Shown here: positions 27,531-37,437 of the stretch, piece after piece
Position numbering within the stretch: the stretch's first letter is position 1
How the letters are laid out: each line of letters starts with the position of its first letter
Source: Bacteroidaceae bacterium
GTDB taxonomy: Bacteria > Pseudomonadota > Alphaproteobacteria > RF32 > CAG-239
Assembly: GCA_963646605.1 (NCBI GenBank)
Contig: CAVIWQ010000002.1
Location: 1-51,480, forward strand
DNA length: 51,480 nucleotides
Direction: 5' to 3'
Program-made: the position numbers and the translations under genes
The notes under the pieces: model-generated
Database searches by the model: none
What the model saw: the letters and a program-made list of their open reading frames with translations, nothing else
Told to the model about the DNA's origin: nothing

Positions 27531-28699
27531 GCATTGATACCATTATTTATGATAAAAATACTCAAGTGTCCGGTATAGCTTTGCTTGAAAAAGGCGAAGT
27601 TCGCGATATTGAAATTATCAGCGGAAATCAAGCTATAAGCGGAAATGTGTATTTGGGAAAAATCACTAAAAAAGTGACATTGGCTCAAGATAAGGAAGGT
27701 TTTTTTGTAAACATCGGCGATGGGCGCGAAGCTTTTTTGAACGGTGATGAATATGGTATGAATGAAGTTCATCTGGTTGAAGGGCAGAGTGTTGTAGTGC
27801 AGGTTGCACAAGAACGTCATGCTGAAAAAAATGCTCGGCTGGTTCGTTCTATCCAATTGGTCGGAATCTATTTGGTTTATTGTCCTTATCGAATGAACGT
27901 CGAAGTTTCGGCAAAAATTGAAGATAAGACCAAAGCCGACAATTTGCATGAAATTGTAAAAGATAATATTACGGGACAAGAAGGCTGGGTGGTTCGTACT
28001 GCTGCGGCTAATGCGGAAACAAGTGCGGTCGTTGCCGAGATGGAAAATTTGCGCAATACTTTTGAACAAATTCGCATGAAAGCTCGTAACGAGCAAGCTC
28101 CGAGCCTGTTATACAGCAAACCGGATTCTGTGTTGGAATATATCAATCATTATAAAAATTTGGGAAGTTTGGTAAAAGTTATTACCAATAACCGCAATTT
28201 GGAAAAAGATATTGATAACATGCAAATAGAATTTGCAATCAGCAACAGTCCATTTGAAGAGTATGGAATAGAAGAAGCTATAGGCGAGGCACTGGAAAAA
28301 ACTGTTGCTCTTAAATCTGGCGGACGTATCACCATTGAAGAAACACGTGCCTGTGTCGCCATTGATGTCGACAGCGCCCGTGATTGCGGCGGCGGTTCGT
28401 TGAATCGCTTGAATGAAGAAGCAGCAACGGAAATTGCAAAACAAATCAGATTGCGCAATTTATCGGGCAAAATTGTTATTGATTTTGCCGGACATTCCGA
28501 ATTTAAGTATATCAAGCCTCTGTTGGGGATTTTGGAACAAGGGCTGAGTGATGATATGACTAAAAGTCGGGTAATCGGCTTGAGCCACGGCGGATTGGTT
28601 GAAATTATCCGTGTTCGCAAACGTCCGTCGCTTATGGAACTGATGACTGAAGCTTGTCCGACTTGTCAGGGAACAGGGCGTGTTGAAAAGGGCGAATAA
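27527..28699 (+). CDS. rng: Rne/Rng-family ribonuclease (short RNase G-like)
   Basis: S1-like N-terminus ([12 protein letters not shown]...[12 protein letters not shown]) and catalytic core (ACVAIDVDS). It ends at the Zn-link [14 protein letters not shown]. Confidence 0.8.
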   Translation: MSIDTIIYDKNTQVSGIALLEKGEVRDIEIISGNQAISGNVYLGKITKKVTLAQDKEGFFVNIGDGREAFLNGDEYGMNEVHLVEGQSVVVQVAQERHAEKNARLVRSIQLVGIYLVYCPYRMNVEVSAKIEDKTKADNLHEIVKDNITGQEGWVVRTAAANAETSAVVAEMENLRNTFEQIRMKARNEQAPSLLYSKPDSVLEYINHYKNLGSLVKVITNNRNLEKDIDNMQIEFAISNSPFEEYGIEEAIGEALEKTVALKSGGRITIEETRACVAIDVDSARDCGGGSLNRLNEEAATEIAKQIRLRNLSGKIVIDFAGHSEFKYIKPLLGILEQGLSDDMTKSRVIGLSHGGLVEIIRVRKRPSLMELMTEACPTCQGTGRVEKGE

Positions 28700-28908
28700 T
28701 GAGCGAAAATATTGTTAAGACACATCGCTGCCCGATTTGTAAAAAACTGTTTACCGATACCAAATATCGCCCGTTTTGCTCTAAGCGTTGTGCTGATATA
28801 GATTTAGGTAATTGGTTTAACGAAAATTATCGCTTTGAAGCCGAAAATATTGACGAGCAGGATTTGGAAGAGTTAGCAAAACAGACAGAATGTTCAGATA
28901 AAGAGTAA
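28699..28908 (+). CDS. yacG: DNA gyrase inhibitor YacG (zinc finger)
   Basis: CPICKK...[14 protein letters not shown]. Its start overlaps the rng stop (TAATG). Confidence 0.85.
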   Translation: MSENIVKTHRCPICKKLFTDTKYRPFCSKRCADIDLGNWFNENYRFEAENIDEQDLEELAKQTECSDKE

Positions 28909-28924
28909 TATATCTAAGCAGATA

Positions 28925-28961
28925 AAAAGCGTCCTTTTGAAATATAAAGGGCGCTTTTTTT
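28925..28961 (+). terminator. terminator after yacG
   Basis: AAGCGTCCTTT-N9-AAAGGGCGCTT followed by T7. Confidence 0.55.
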
Positions 28962-29095
28962 GTATTGTTTATTTAATAGTTAAGCTAATAATGGCAATTT
29001 ATTTGCGGGCTTAACATTGGATTAAAGAGTTTAAAAAGCTGAAAAGTTTAAACAACAGAAAGGACGAAAAAGTTCTTTTTGGAAAAAGATTTCAT

Positions 29096-29127
29096 AAAAA
29101 AATGCCCTTTCAAAGGGCATTTTTTTA
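29096..29127 (-). terminator. terminator after ftsZ
   Basis: AAAAAAATGCCCTTT-C-AAAGGGCATTTTTTT. Confidence 0.6.
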
Positions 29128-29136
29128 TTTTAAGGA

Positions 29137-30858
29137 TTATTTTCTACGCAAGAATGAGGGAATATCCAAATTATTGCGCTCGTCATCATCATTTCCTGTA
29201 AATGACGGTGTGACGGGTTCTTGATAATGCTGCTCCTGCTCCATTTTCTTTTTACGATTACGTTTTGCAATTGAAAAACCTGTAACGCGTTCAATTAAAG
29301 TCGGAGTATATTCTTCATTATCGCTGACAATTAATTTTTCACTTTCTTCAATTCTGGGAGCCGGTGCAAAAGCTTGCGGGGTGTTAGCAAAAAGCTCAGG
29401 TTCTTCTTCTATCATACGTGGAGCGTTTTTAGAAGAAAAAGCATTGGCTTGAGCCGATAATGCACTTTCAAGCTGTGCGTCAATATCATTGCGGTCTGTT
29501 TTATTTATGACTGCATTAAACAAAGCTGAAGATTGAGGAATATCGTTTATTACAGATGAATTTGCATTGATATTTGTTGTTTCAGGCATATCTTCGCCGA
29601 GTAAATCATCAATAACATCAACAGGCTCTTGCAGTGTGTTGCCTTCAGCAACGGCGATAATATCTTCAACAGCCGGAGTTTCTTCAGCTATTGCTGCCGG
29701 TTTTTCGGTTGGTTCAGAAGGCTGAACTTCTTCTTTTATGCTTTCGGGAGTGATATTTGCCGCAAATTTTGCCAAATTAGAATCGATTTCATCGTTTGGA
29801 GTATTTGGCAGAGAACTCTCTTTTGTATAGCTTTCTTCCAAATAATTTTGATGTTTTTCCTGAACAGTTTTAGCTCGCGGTGCGTTTATATCATCAATGC
29901 CGGTTGCCACAATTGAAACTCTGATTTTTCCGGCTAAATTTTCATCAAAACTTGAACCGAAAATAATGTTGGCATCTTCGTCAACTTCTTCTTTTATACG
30001 GTTGGCAGCTTCATCGATTTCAAAAAGAGTTATGTCGGTGCCGCCGGTGATGTTGATTAAAACTCCTTTGGCGCCGTTCATATTGCTATCGTCAAGCAAA
30101 GGATTGGACAAAGCCTGTTCAGCTGCTTTTATGGCTCGGTCTTCGCCTTCGGCTTCGCCTGTTCCCATGATTGCTTTGCCTTTATCTTGCATAATGCTTT
30201 TTATGTCTGCAAAGTCAAGGTTAATCAGCCCCGGCATCATCATTAAATCGGTAATTGAGCGAACGCCGGAATACAAAACATTGTCAGCCATAACAAAAGC
30301 ATCGGCTAATGTTGTGCTTTTATCGGCAATGCGGAACAGATTTTGGTTAGGAATAATAATGATGCTGTCAACTGAAGAAATAAAATCTTCAACGGCCTTT
30401 TCCGCAATTTGATAACGTTTTTTGCCTTCAAATTGAAAAGGTTTTGTAATAACGCCGATAGTCAGAATACCTTTTTGTTTGGCAATTCTGGCAACAACGG
30501 GAGCAGCTCCCGAACCGGTGCCGCCGCCCATTCCGGCAGTGATGAATACCATATTTGCGCCTTCAATCTCTTTTTCAATTTCGGCTTGTGCTTCTTCGGC
30601 TGCAGCTCTTCCGATTTCGGGACAAGCACCGGCGCCTAATCCGTGAGTTGTTTCAACACCGAGTTGAATTTTTCTTTCACAACTGGAATTTGCCAAAGCC
30701 TGAGCATCGGTATTGGCTACAATAAAGTCAACGCCTTCAAGTTTTTTGGCAATCATATTATTGACGGCATTTCCGCCGCCACCGCCAACGCCGATGACCG
30801 AAATACGCGGTTTTAAGGTTATCATATTTGTTTCTGGAACGGCAAGTGTAACAGGCAT
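29137..30858 (-). CDS. ftsZ: cell division protein FtsZ (long-linker form)
   Basis: [13 protein letters not shown] and [10 protein letters not shown] tubulin signatures. The core ends near aa ~325, followed by a ~230-aa acidic/Pro-rich linker and the conserved C-terminal peptide DIPSFLRRK. Confidence 0.93.
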   Translation of the reverse strand: MPVTLAVPETNMITLKPRISVIGVGGGGGNAVNNMIAKKLEGVDFIVANTDAQALANSSCERKIQLGVETTHGLGAGACPEIGRAAAEEAQAEIEKEIEGANMVFITAGMGGGTGSGAAPVVARIAKQKGILTIGVITKPFQFEGKKRYQIAEKAVEDFISSVDSIIIIPNQNLFRIADKSTTLADAFVMADNVLYSGVRSITDLMMMPGLINLDFADIKSIMQDKGKAIMGTGEAEGEDRAIKAAEQALSNPLLDDSNMNGAKGVLINITGGTDITLFEIDEAANRIKEEVDEDANIIFGSSFDENLAGKIRVSIVATGIDDINAPRAKTVQEKHQNYLEESYTKESSLPNTPNDEIDSNLAKFAANITPESIKEEVQPSEPTEKPAAIAEETPAVEDIIAVAEGNTLQEPVDVIDDLLGEDMPETTNINANSSVINDIPQSSALFNAVINKTDRNDIDAQLESALSAQANAFSSKNAPRMIEEEPELFANTPQAFAPAPRIEESEKLIVSDNEEYTPTLIERVTGFSIAKRNRKKKMEQEQHYQEPVTPSFTGNDDDERNNLDIPSFLRRK

Positions 30859-30917
30859 AAGTTTACTCCCAACTTCAATGGTGACATTTTATTATGTGCA
30901 ATAGTATGTAAAAGTAA

Positions 30918-30932
30918 TTAAGGTTTGGTTAC
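30918..30932. promoter_or_regulatory. CtrA-box-like motif TTAA-N7-TTAC in the ftsA-ftsZ spacer
   Basis: TTAAGGTTTGGTTAC, one mismatch from the TTAA-N7-TTAA consensus. A chance occurrence is likely in AT-rich DNA. Confidence 0.2.
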
Positions 30933-30937
30933 CAAAA

Positions 30938-32206
30938 TTAAAAATTTTGCTTTAACCAGTTCATAATTCGGTTAAAACGCCCGCCTTCATTATTCAGCGG
31001 TTTGGAAATAATTTTGTTTGGTTTGTGTTCTTTGCAGTTGAACACGTATAGTATAAGGCCGATTACGGTTGAAAAAGACGGGGATTGCAAAACCGGATAA
31101 TTGGAAATGTCCAAAATATTTCCAATATTGCGAGGGCGTCCTAATCTGACTTGTTTGTCTAAAATCATAGAGGCAACTTCCCGTATACCAGAAAGCTGGC
31201 TACCGCCGCCGGTTAAAACAATGCGGTGCGAGTTAATGTCTTTCAGACCTTCTTCTGTTAATTTGGCGTTTACTAATTCAAACGTTTCTTCAATACGCGG
31301 AACGATAATTTTAATTAAATCCGATTTCGGAACTTGTTTGATTAAGCTGTCATCCTCTTCGCCGACAGGATAAACGTTGATGGTTTCATTTTTATCTTGT
31401 GAAGTTAAAAATGCACAGCCATGCAGGTTTTTCAAACGTTCGGCATGAGTAAAAGATGTGGTCAATCCCCAAGCAATATCATTGGTAACGTTATTGCCTC
31501 CAACGCCTATGGAACTGAAATACACAGGGTGTCCGTGTTGAAAGCTGGCAATGCTTGTCGTGCCGCCGCCTATGTCAATTACGGTTGCGCCGAGTTCTTT
31601 TTCATCATCAACCAAGCAAGCCAATCCTGAGGCATAAGGAGATAAAACTTTACCGACAATTTCGAGATTAGAATTATCTAAAACCGTTTTGGTGTTGCGA
31701 AACATAATTTCCGGAACCATTCCCAAAAGAACATCAACAGATAGATTTTCGCCGAACAAGTTGCGCGGGTCGGTAGTTTCTTCACCAAAATCAAGACGGT
31801 ATCCTGTGGGAAGACAGTGAATCAATTCGTTGTTTTCTACATTTATACGAGTGATTCCTTTATTGATAACTTTGGTTATTTCAACTTCAGTAATCGGTTT
31901 GGACTTGTTTAATCCAATGGCAGCGCGTTTTATGCTGCTTTTAATTTTGTCGCCGGAAATATTAACAATAACGCGTTCGACTCGTTCATTTGCCATTTGT
32001 TCGGCAGCTTCAACCGCGTCACAGATAGAAAATGTGGCTTGTTTTATATCGGTAATCATACCGTTTTTTATGCCTTTTGAAGCATTATAGCCATATCCGG
32101 CAATACTAATTTTTTGGTCGCGGCTTACACGTGCAATAACGCAACATACTTTGGACGATCCAATATCCAAAGCAGCAATTAAAGTCTGTCGATTAAAAGA
32201 ATTCAT
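30938..32206 (-). CDS. ftsA: cell division protein FtsA
   Basis: Actin-like ATPase motifs ALDIGSSKVCCVIA, DIGGGTTSIA and LTGGGSQLSG. Confidence 0.9.
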   Translation of the reverse strand: MNSFNRQTLIAALDIGSSKVCCVIARVSRDQKISIAGYGYNASKGIKNGMITDIKQATFSICDAVEAAEQMANERVERVIVNISGDKIKSSIKRAAIGLNKSKPITEVEITKVINKGITRINVENNELIHCLPTGYRLDFGEETTDPRNLFGENLSVDVLLGMVPEIMFRNTKTVLDNSNLEIVGKVLSPYASGLACLVDDEKELGATVIDIGGGTTSIASFQHGHPVYFSSIGVGGNNVTNDIAWGLTTSFTHAERLKNLHGCAFLTSQDKNETINVYPVGEEDDSLIKQVPKSDLIKIIVPRIEETFELVNAKLTEEGLKDINSHRIVLTGGGSQLSGIREVASMILDKQVRLGRPRNIGNILDISNYPVLQSPSFSTVIGLILYVFNCKEHKPNKIISKPLNNEGGRFNRIMNWLKQNF

Positions 32207-32226
32207 TTATCGGCCTTTCTTTTTTG

Positions 32227-33111
32227 CTATATTCCGTGTTCTTGTTTTTGATGCAGTTCCAAACGCTCTTCAGATGACAGTTTACGCAAGGTTATCAAAA
32301 CTTTATTGTCAAATCTTAAATCAATGATGGTTAATTTACGTTTAAGAAGTCCGCGTGTTTTGTTTAATTTTATTAATTTTTTCCAGGCGGCCGCTGCATT
32401 TTCCGCCGGTAATTTTATGGTGATTCCGTTTTCTATATCATCGAGAAAAATATTCCAACGCCTTTCGGATACAAAACTTGCCGCTTTGATACGACTGTAA
32501 AGTTCTGGTGCAGACTGGACAATTTCAAGCAGTTCGTTTAAGTGCTGCGGTGCTCCGTTTCCGACAATCAACAATAGGGGGATATGGGGCAGGCGGGTTG
32601 TGTTGATAACGTTTCCTTCGGTATCAACCGGATAAAAAATGTTGTTTGACTGCCAAATAGCTTTAACCTGCCGTTCTTTTAAGGTTATTTTTATAATGTT
32701 CGGCATATAGCTGCGCTTGATGTTAACTGATTTTACCCACGGAAGTTGTTCGAGATCAGCTTGCAACTGATGTACGTCGGGACCGAAAATGTTGTCGCCG
32801 TGGTGCAAATTAACAACATTGTTAATTTCTTCCATCGGGGTTTTTATGCGTCCGTAAACTAAAACATCATCAACTGTAAAGCCTAGTTTGGAAGTTAGAT
32901 CATAAAAATATCCGGAAATTGATGTGAGTTTTTGTCCTACAAAATTGGTTTTTATGATGTGTATTCCTAGAGCTGTCGCTCCGGTTACGGTCAACAGCAA
33001 TAAGTTTCCGATTAGGCGGTACGGCCAAAGTTTCGGCAAAAATATCCGCCGTTTTTCATCTATTTCGGGAGCCGGAATTGTTGGCGTTATTTCTTTCTTT
33101 TTGAACCACAT
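32227..33111 (-). CDS. ftsQ: cell division protein FtsQ
   Basis: Single TM (LIGNLLLLTVTGATALGIHII) plus a POTRA-like region. It sits between murB and ftsA. Confidence 0.8.
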   Translation of the reverse strand: MWFKKKEITPTIPAPEIDEKRRIFLPKLWPYRLIGNLLLLTVTGATALGIHIIKTNFVGQKLTSISGYFYDLTSKLGFTVDDVLVYGRIKTPMEEINNVVNLHHGDNIFGPDVHQLQADLEQLPWVKSVNIKRSYMPNIIKITLKERQVKAIWQSNNIFYPVDTEGNVINTTRLPHIPLLLIVGNGAPQHLNELLEIVQSAPELYSRIKAASFVSERRWNIFLDDIENGITIKLPAENAAAAWKKLIKLNKTRGLLKRKLTIIDLRFDNKVLITLRKLSSEERLELHQKQEHGI

Positions 33112-34038
33112 TTATTTTTCAACGCCGACTTTTTTTATTTCCCATTCCAGTGTGATATATGTTTTTTGGCGCACCCGTGAAATTATGGTTTCGCCTAAAG
33201 TTTCAATATCTTTAGCAGTTGCCGTTCCGGTATTGATTAAAAAATTACAGTGTTTTTCAGACACTTTTGCTCCACCGACGGAAAGTGTGTCGCAATCTGA
33301 TTTTTTTATGAGTTCCCATGCGCGCAGACCTTGCGGATTCTTAAATGTCGAACCGGCAGTTTTTTGATTGTAAGGTTGATGTTCGCGGCGGTAATTTTTT
33401 TGTTTGGAAAGAGTTTCTTCAATATTTTCTTTTGTGTCGGGTTCGGCTTGAAGGGTAACGGATAAAATAATCCAATCATCGGGAAAATAGCTGCTGCGAT
33501 AATCAAGTTCCAAATCGTGAACACTGATGTTTTTAACTTCTCCGGCACCATTCATAATTTTTGCCGATTTAATAACATCTTTCATTTCTTTTCCAAAGCA
33601 GCCGGCGTTTCCTTTAACCGCACCGCCGATAACTCCGGGGATAGAACACAAAAACTCAAGCCCTCCGAGACGGTTGGCCAATAAACATTTTTTTAAATCC
33701 ATATTGCGGAATCCGGCGCCGCAAGTGATTTCATCACCATTGACGGTTATTTTTTTGAAGTTAGGATTATCAAGTTTGATAACGACTCCCGGAATTCCTC
33801 CGTCTCTGACTAGAAGATTAGAGCCTCCGCCAATTAAAAAAAGAGGAATGTTTAACGGGCGGTTGCGTATGAAAAAACTTAGGTCTTCAGTGTCTTGCGG
33901 TATATACATAACTTCAGCCGGTCCACCGACTCCAAACCATGTATGCTTGCTCATAGCTACGTCCGTTAAATATTTTCCCCGAACTTTAGGCAGCATATTA
34001 AGCAAAGGATCTTTTTTGAAAAAATTAAATTTAAACAT
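33112..34038 (-). CDS. murB: UDP-N-acetylenolpyruvoylglucosamine reductase
   Basis: FAD-binding GVGGPAEV and GGGSNLLV motifs, 308 aa. Confidence 0.88.
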   Translation of the reverse strand: MFKFNFFKKDPLLNMLPKVRGKYLTDVAMSKHTWFGVGGPAEVMYIPQDTEDLSFFIRNRPLNIPLFLIGGGSNLLVRDGGIPGVVIKLDNPNFKKITVNGDEITCGAGFRNMDLKKCLLANRLGGLEFLCSIPGVIGGAVKGNAGCFGKEMKDVIKSAKIMNGAGEVKNISVHDLELDYRSSYFPDDWIILSVTLQAEPDTKENIEETLSKQKNYRREHQPYNQKTAGSTFKNPQGLRAWELIKKSDCDTLSVGGAKVSEKHCNFLINTGTATAKDIETLGETIISRVRQKTYITLEWEIKKVGVEK

Positions 34039-34045
34039 ATTTACC

Positions 34046-35149
34046 TCATTTCAGGCATTTTTCGACTAAATCAGCCAAACGTTTGTCGGCGTCGATAACG
34101 GCAAATTTCTTTGTGTTTTCTGATAATTCAGCCAATTTTTCTGGGTTTTCAATCAAATCGGTTAGTTTTTTTGCCAAAGATTGGGCAGTTAAATCTTTTT
34201 GCGCAATGACAATTCCGCCTTGTTTTATTTTAAATTCCGCGGCATTTGAAGTTTGATGGTCATCAGCGGCTGTCGGCAAGGGAATTAAAATTGACGGAAT
34301 TCCTGCTGCTGCAATTTCGCTGACTGATGAAGCGCCGGCTCTGGAAATAATCAGATGGCAGGTTGAATATAATTCTGGCATATTATTGAAAAAGTGTGAA
34401 ATTTCCGTCTGACATTTTAAATTTGCATATTTTTCTTTTAAGCTTTCGATGTCATCTGCGCGGCACTGCTGAATTAGATGAATTCTTTTTTGCAGTTTTT
34501 CCGGCAGTTGTTTTATTGCTTCAGGAATAACTTCGCCGAAAATTTTTGCTCCTTGCGAGCCGCCCAAAACCAATAGATTAAAAGGTTGATCTTCCCAAGA
34601 AGGGCGATAGGAAGTCGTAAAAAGACTGCTGATGCTGCCGCGTACGGGCATCCCCGTCAGTACGGAGCGTTTTCCTTGAGGAGCGTATTTGGTTTTTGGA
34701 AAGCTTGTGGCAACCATTGTGGCATATTTTGCTAAAAAACGATTTGTTCTGCTCATTACCGAATTTTGTTCATGAATAACCAAATCAGTTCCTAGCAATA
34801 TAGCAGCTATTGAACACGGAAAAGAAGCATATCCGCCAAAACCGACAACACAACTTGGCCGGTTGCGGGCAATGATATACATAGATTGTAAAATTCCGCA
34901 GGCAACCTTAAATAAACTTTTTATTTTGAACCATTTGCTTTTTCCTACCAAAGCACCGCTTAAGACGGCACGGTTTTCAATCTCGCCCAATTTACCATGA
35001 TAATTATTAAGGCCACGACTATCTGTAACCAACATCAAACGATAGCCGCGAGCCGATAGTTCTTGCGCTAATGCGTCGGCGGGATAGACATGACCGCCTG
35101 TTCCTCCGGCGGTAAGAATTACCAATTTTGCTTTAGAATCACATTTCAT
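34046..35149 (-). CDS. murG: undecaprenyldiphospho-muramoylpentapeptide beta-N-acetylglucosaminyltransferase
   Basis: TAGGTGGHVYPA N-terminal G-loop and a GT28 layout. Confidence 0.9.
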   Translation of the reverse strand: MKCDSKAKLVILTAGGTGGHVYPADALAQELSARGYRLMLVTDSRGLNNYHGKLGEIENRAVLSGALVGKSKWFKIKSLFKVACGILQSMYIIARNRPSCVVGFGGYASFPCSIAAILLGTDLVIHEQNSVMSRTNRFLAKYATMVATSFPKTKYAPQGKRSVLTGMPVRGSISSLFTTSYRPSWEDQPFNLLVLGGSQGAKIFGEVIPEAIKQLPEKLQKRIHLIQQCRADDIESLKEKYANLKCQTEISHFFNNMPELYSTCHLIISRAGASSVSEIAAAGIPSILIPLPTAADDHQTSNAAEFKIKQGGIVIAQKDLTAQSLAKKLTDLIENPEKLAELSENTKKFAVIDADKRLADLVEKCLK

Positions 35150-36266
35150 CTTTGTCCTCCGCGTGAATGTTTTTACGGGTGATAGCCAAAAGCATTCCCA
35201 TGCCGATGGCTGTGGCTATAATTGACGAACCGCCGTATGAAATAAACGGCAGCGTCATTCCTTTTGTAGGAATGAGGTGCAGAGTAGAAGCCATATTTAC
35301 AATGGACTGCAATCCGAAAGACATGGCTAAACCCGATGCTGATAAAATAATAAATAAGTTGTTGTCTTTACAGGAAATCAATAATGACCTGATAACGATT
35401 GTGGCATAAAGCGCGACAATCGTCAAACATAAAAAGACGCCATATTCTTCACCGGCAACAGCATAAATAAAATCTGTATGCGCGTCAGGGATATATGAGC
35501 GGACAATGCCTTCACCGGGGCCGCGTCCGAACAAGTTTCCGCTTTGAAAAGCTTCGAGAGATTTTTTTACCTGAAAGCTGAGCTCTCCGCCGGAAGCAAA
35601 AAATTGATGGAGGCGTATTTGAAAATGCGGCAGGAAAAAATAGGCAGCAACCAGTCCGAAAACTCCGCAGCAAAACAATGCAAAAACAAGAAGCATAGGC
35701 AGACCGCTCAGGTAAAATTGAAATCCCCATACCGCAGTAATGACAAAAGTCATACCAACATCAGGTTGACAGACGATTAGAGCTGCCGTGATGATGAATA
35801 AAAAAATTGATAATAAATTTCCTGGAAATTCCTTGTGCTGACGTTGTCCGGCAAATAACCAAGCGGCAGTGACAATGAAAAAAGGTTTGACAAATTCGGA
35901 AGGTTGTAACGAAAATCCGCACAGGGTCAGCCAACGTGATGCTCCTTTATTGGCTTCTCCGGCAAAAAAAGTAATTATTACCAAAACAATGGCAGACAAA
36001 TATCCCAAAAGCGATAACCGGCGTATGATTTTCAGTCTTTGCATAGAAAGGAAAATCATAACCATAAATGCTATCGGTGCAAAAAACAAATGACGTTTGA
36101 TAAAATGGTAACTTCCGTATCCTATGCGAGTGGCAACGGCCGGACTTGCCGAAAAAGTCAAAAAAATTCCAATCAGCATCAAAGCGCAGATACTGATTAA
36201 AAGAGGTTTGTCTATAGTCCACCACCAATTTGCAAGGCGGCTGCGGTTGCCGTGTGTAGAAAGCAT
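35139..36266 (-). CDS. ftsW: SEDS-family peptidoglycan glycosyltransferase FtsW
   Basis: Polytopic SEDS protein (PDAHTDFIYAVAGEE, LPFISYGGSS). It is called FtsW from its dcw position. Confidence 0.85.
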   Translation of the reverse strand: MLSTHGNRSRLANWWWTIDKPLLISICALMLIGIFLTFSASPAVATRIGYGSYHFIKRHLFFAPIAFMVMIFLSMQRLKIIRRLSLLGYLSAIVLVIITFFAGEANKGASRWLTLCGFSLQPSEFVKPFFIVTAAWLFAGQRQHKEFPGNLLSIFLFIITAALIVCQPDVGMTFVITAVWGFQFYLSGLPMLLVFALFCCGVFGLVAAYFFLPHFQIRLHQFFASGGELSFQVKKSLEAFQSGNLFGRGPGEGIVRSYIPDAHTDFIYAVAGEEYGVFLCLTIVALYATIVIRSLLISCKDNNLFIILSASGLAMSFGLQSIVNMASTLHLIPTKGMTLPFISYGGSSIIATAIGMGMLLAITRKNIHAEDKDEM

Positions 36267-36277
36267 TTATATTTGTC

Positions 36278-37300
36278 CTAAAGGTTTATTAAAGAAATTA
36301 AACCTAAAACGGCGGCAATCCATCCTACAATCCAAAAGCGCATAACCACAGTTGTTTCTTTCCAGCCCAGCTGCTCAAAATGGTGATGAATCGGAGCCAT
36401 TAAAAAAACTCTTTTCTTAGTGCGTTTATACCAGAAGACCTGAATCATTACGGACAGGGCTTCAATGACAAAGACAAAACCAAAAACTGCCAAAAGTAGT
36501 TCCTGTTTTGATAAAACGGCCATGGTTCCCAATAATGCTCCCAAGGCCAAAGAGCCGGTATCACCCATAAAAATTTTGGCAGGAGAACAATTGAACCACA
36601 GAAAACCGACACAAGCTCCGATAGCGGCCGCGCAAATAATGCTTAAACTAGGAAAAGGCAAAAAGCTGTAATAGCCGAAACCAAGCAAGAAGGCGATAAT
36701 TCCTAAAACCAAAAATGAGGGAATCAATAATCCGGCAGCCAATCCATCAAGTCCATCGCTGAGATTTACGGCATTTGAAGCGCCAGCAATGACTATCATA
36801 GCGAAAGAAATGTAAAAATACCACAAATTGAGCGGAATATTAAAATAAGGAATAACAATTCCATATTTGAGCGGCTCTTCATATTGGCTTACGGTAAATA
36901 AAGCAATTCCGAAAGCAACTGCAAATTGGATAATCAGTTTTACTTTTGCCGTCATAGCATCGGGAGTGTGCTTTTTTACTTTGATATAGTCATCTGAAAA
37001 TCCGGCTGCTCCGAATATAACCAGCACGCCCAAACAAATCCATGTAGCTCCCATTGTTAAATTGGCGAAACATAAAGTTGAAATGATGATAGAAGCCAAA
37101 ATAAGCAATCCGCCCATTGTAGGCGTTCCTTTTTTGGTTGCCAAATGTGATTGAGGACCGCATTCTCTGATAGGTTGTCCTTCATGCTGCCATGCGTGCA
37201 TGAAGTCAATAAATTTGCGTCCGAAAATAACAATAACGGCAAATGATGTCAAAAAAGCTAAAATATCAGCGTAAAACGGATTTAAAAAATTGTACAGCAT
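36278..37300 (-). CDS. mraY: phospho-N-acetylmuramoyl-pentapeptide transferase
   Basis: KKGTPTMGG, NAVNLSDGLDGLA and PIHHHFE motifs. Confidence 0.92.
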   Translation of the reverse strand: MLYNFLNPFYADILAFLTSFAVIVIFGRKFIDFMHAWQHEGQPIRECGPQSHLATKKGTPTMGGLLILASIIISTLCFANLTMGATWICLGVLVIFGAAGFSDDYIKVKKHTPDAMTAKVKLIIQFAVAFGIALFTVSQYEEPLKYGIVIPYFNIPLNLWYFYISFAMIVIAGASNAVNLSDGLDGLAAGLLIPSFLVLGIIAFLLGFGYYSFLPFPSLSIICAAAIGACVGFLWFNCSPAKIFMGDTGSLALGALLGTMAVLSKQELLLAVFGFVFVIEALSVMIQVFWYKRTKKRVFLMAPIHHHFEQLGWKETTVVMRFWIVGWIAAVLGLISLINL

Positions 37301-37437
37301 TGGATTTATCCCGATTTGTTATGTATTTGTCTTTAACATAGCCGCCAATATATAAAAATTTGATTAAGATTGCAGGTTGAATTGGCGTTAAGACCAATTA
37401 TTTATATTTTTAGTTTTAGCGCTTTACAGAGGGTAAA

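Noticed and set aside
27437-28096. 219-aa minus-strand ORF antisense to maf/rng.
   Set aside because: It lies fully inside well-supported plus-strand genes, has a hydrophobic/Phe-Ile-Asn-rich composition typical of antisense frames in AT-rich DNA, and has no RBS.
29897-30412. 171-aa plus-strand ORF antisense to ftsZ (and similarly 33527..34069 antisense to murB).
   Set aside because: The opposite strand encodes highly conserved FtsZ and MurB cores. The Ser/Pro/Ala-rich translations are antisense artefacts.
37301-37437. Looked for a TetR/MarR-type local regulator or operator for the RND efflux operon in the mraY-RND divergent spacer.
   Set aside because: No regulator gene is adjacent and no convincing inverted repeat was found by eye. 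Nothing can be supported.
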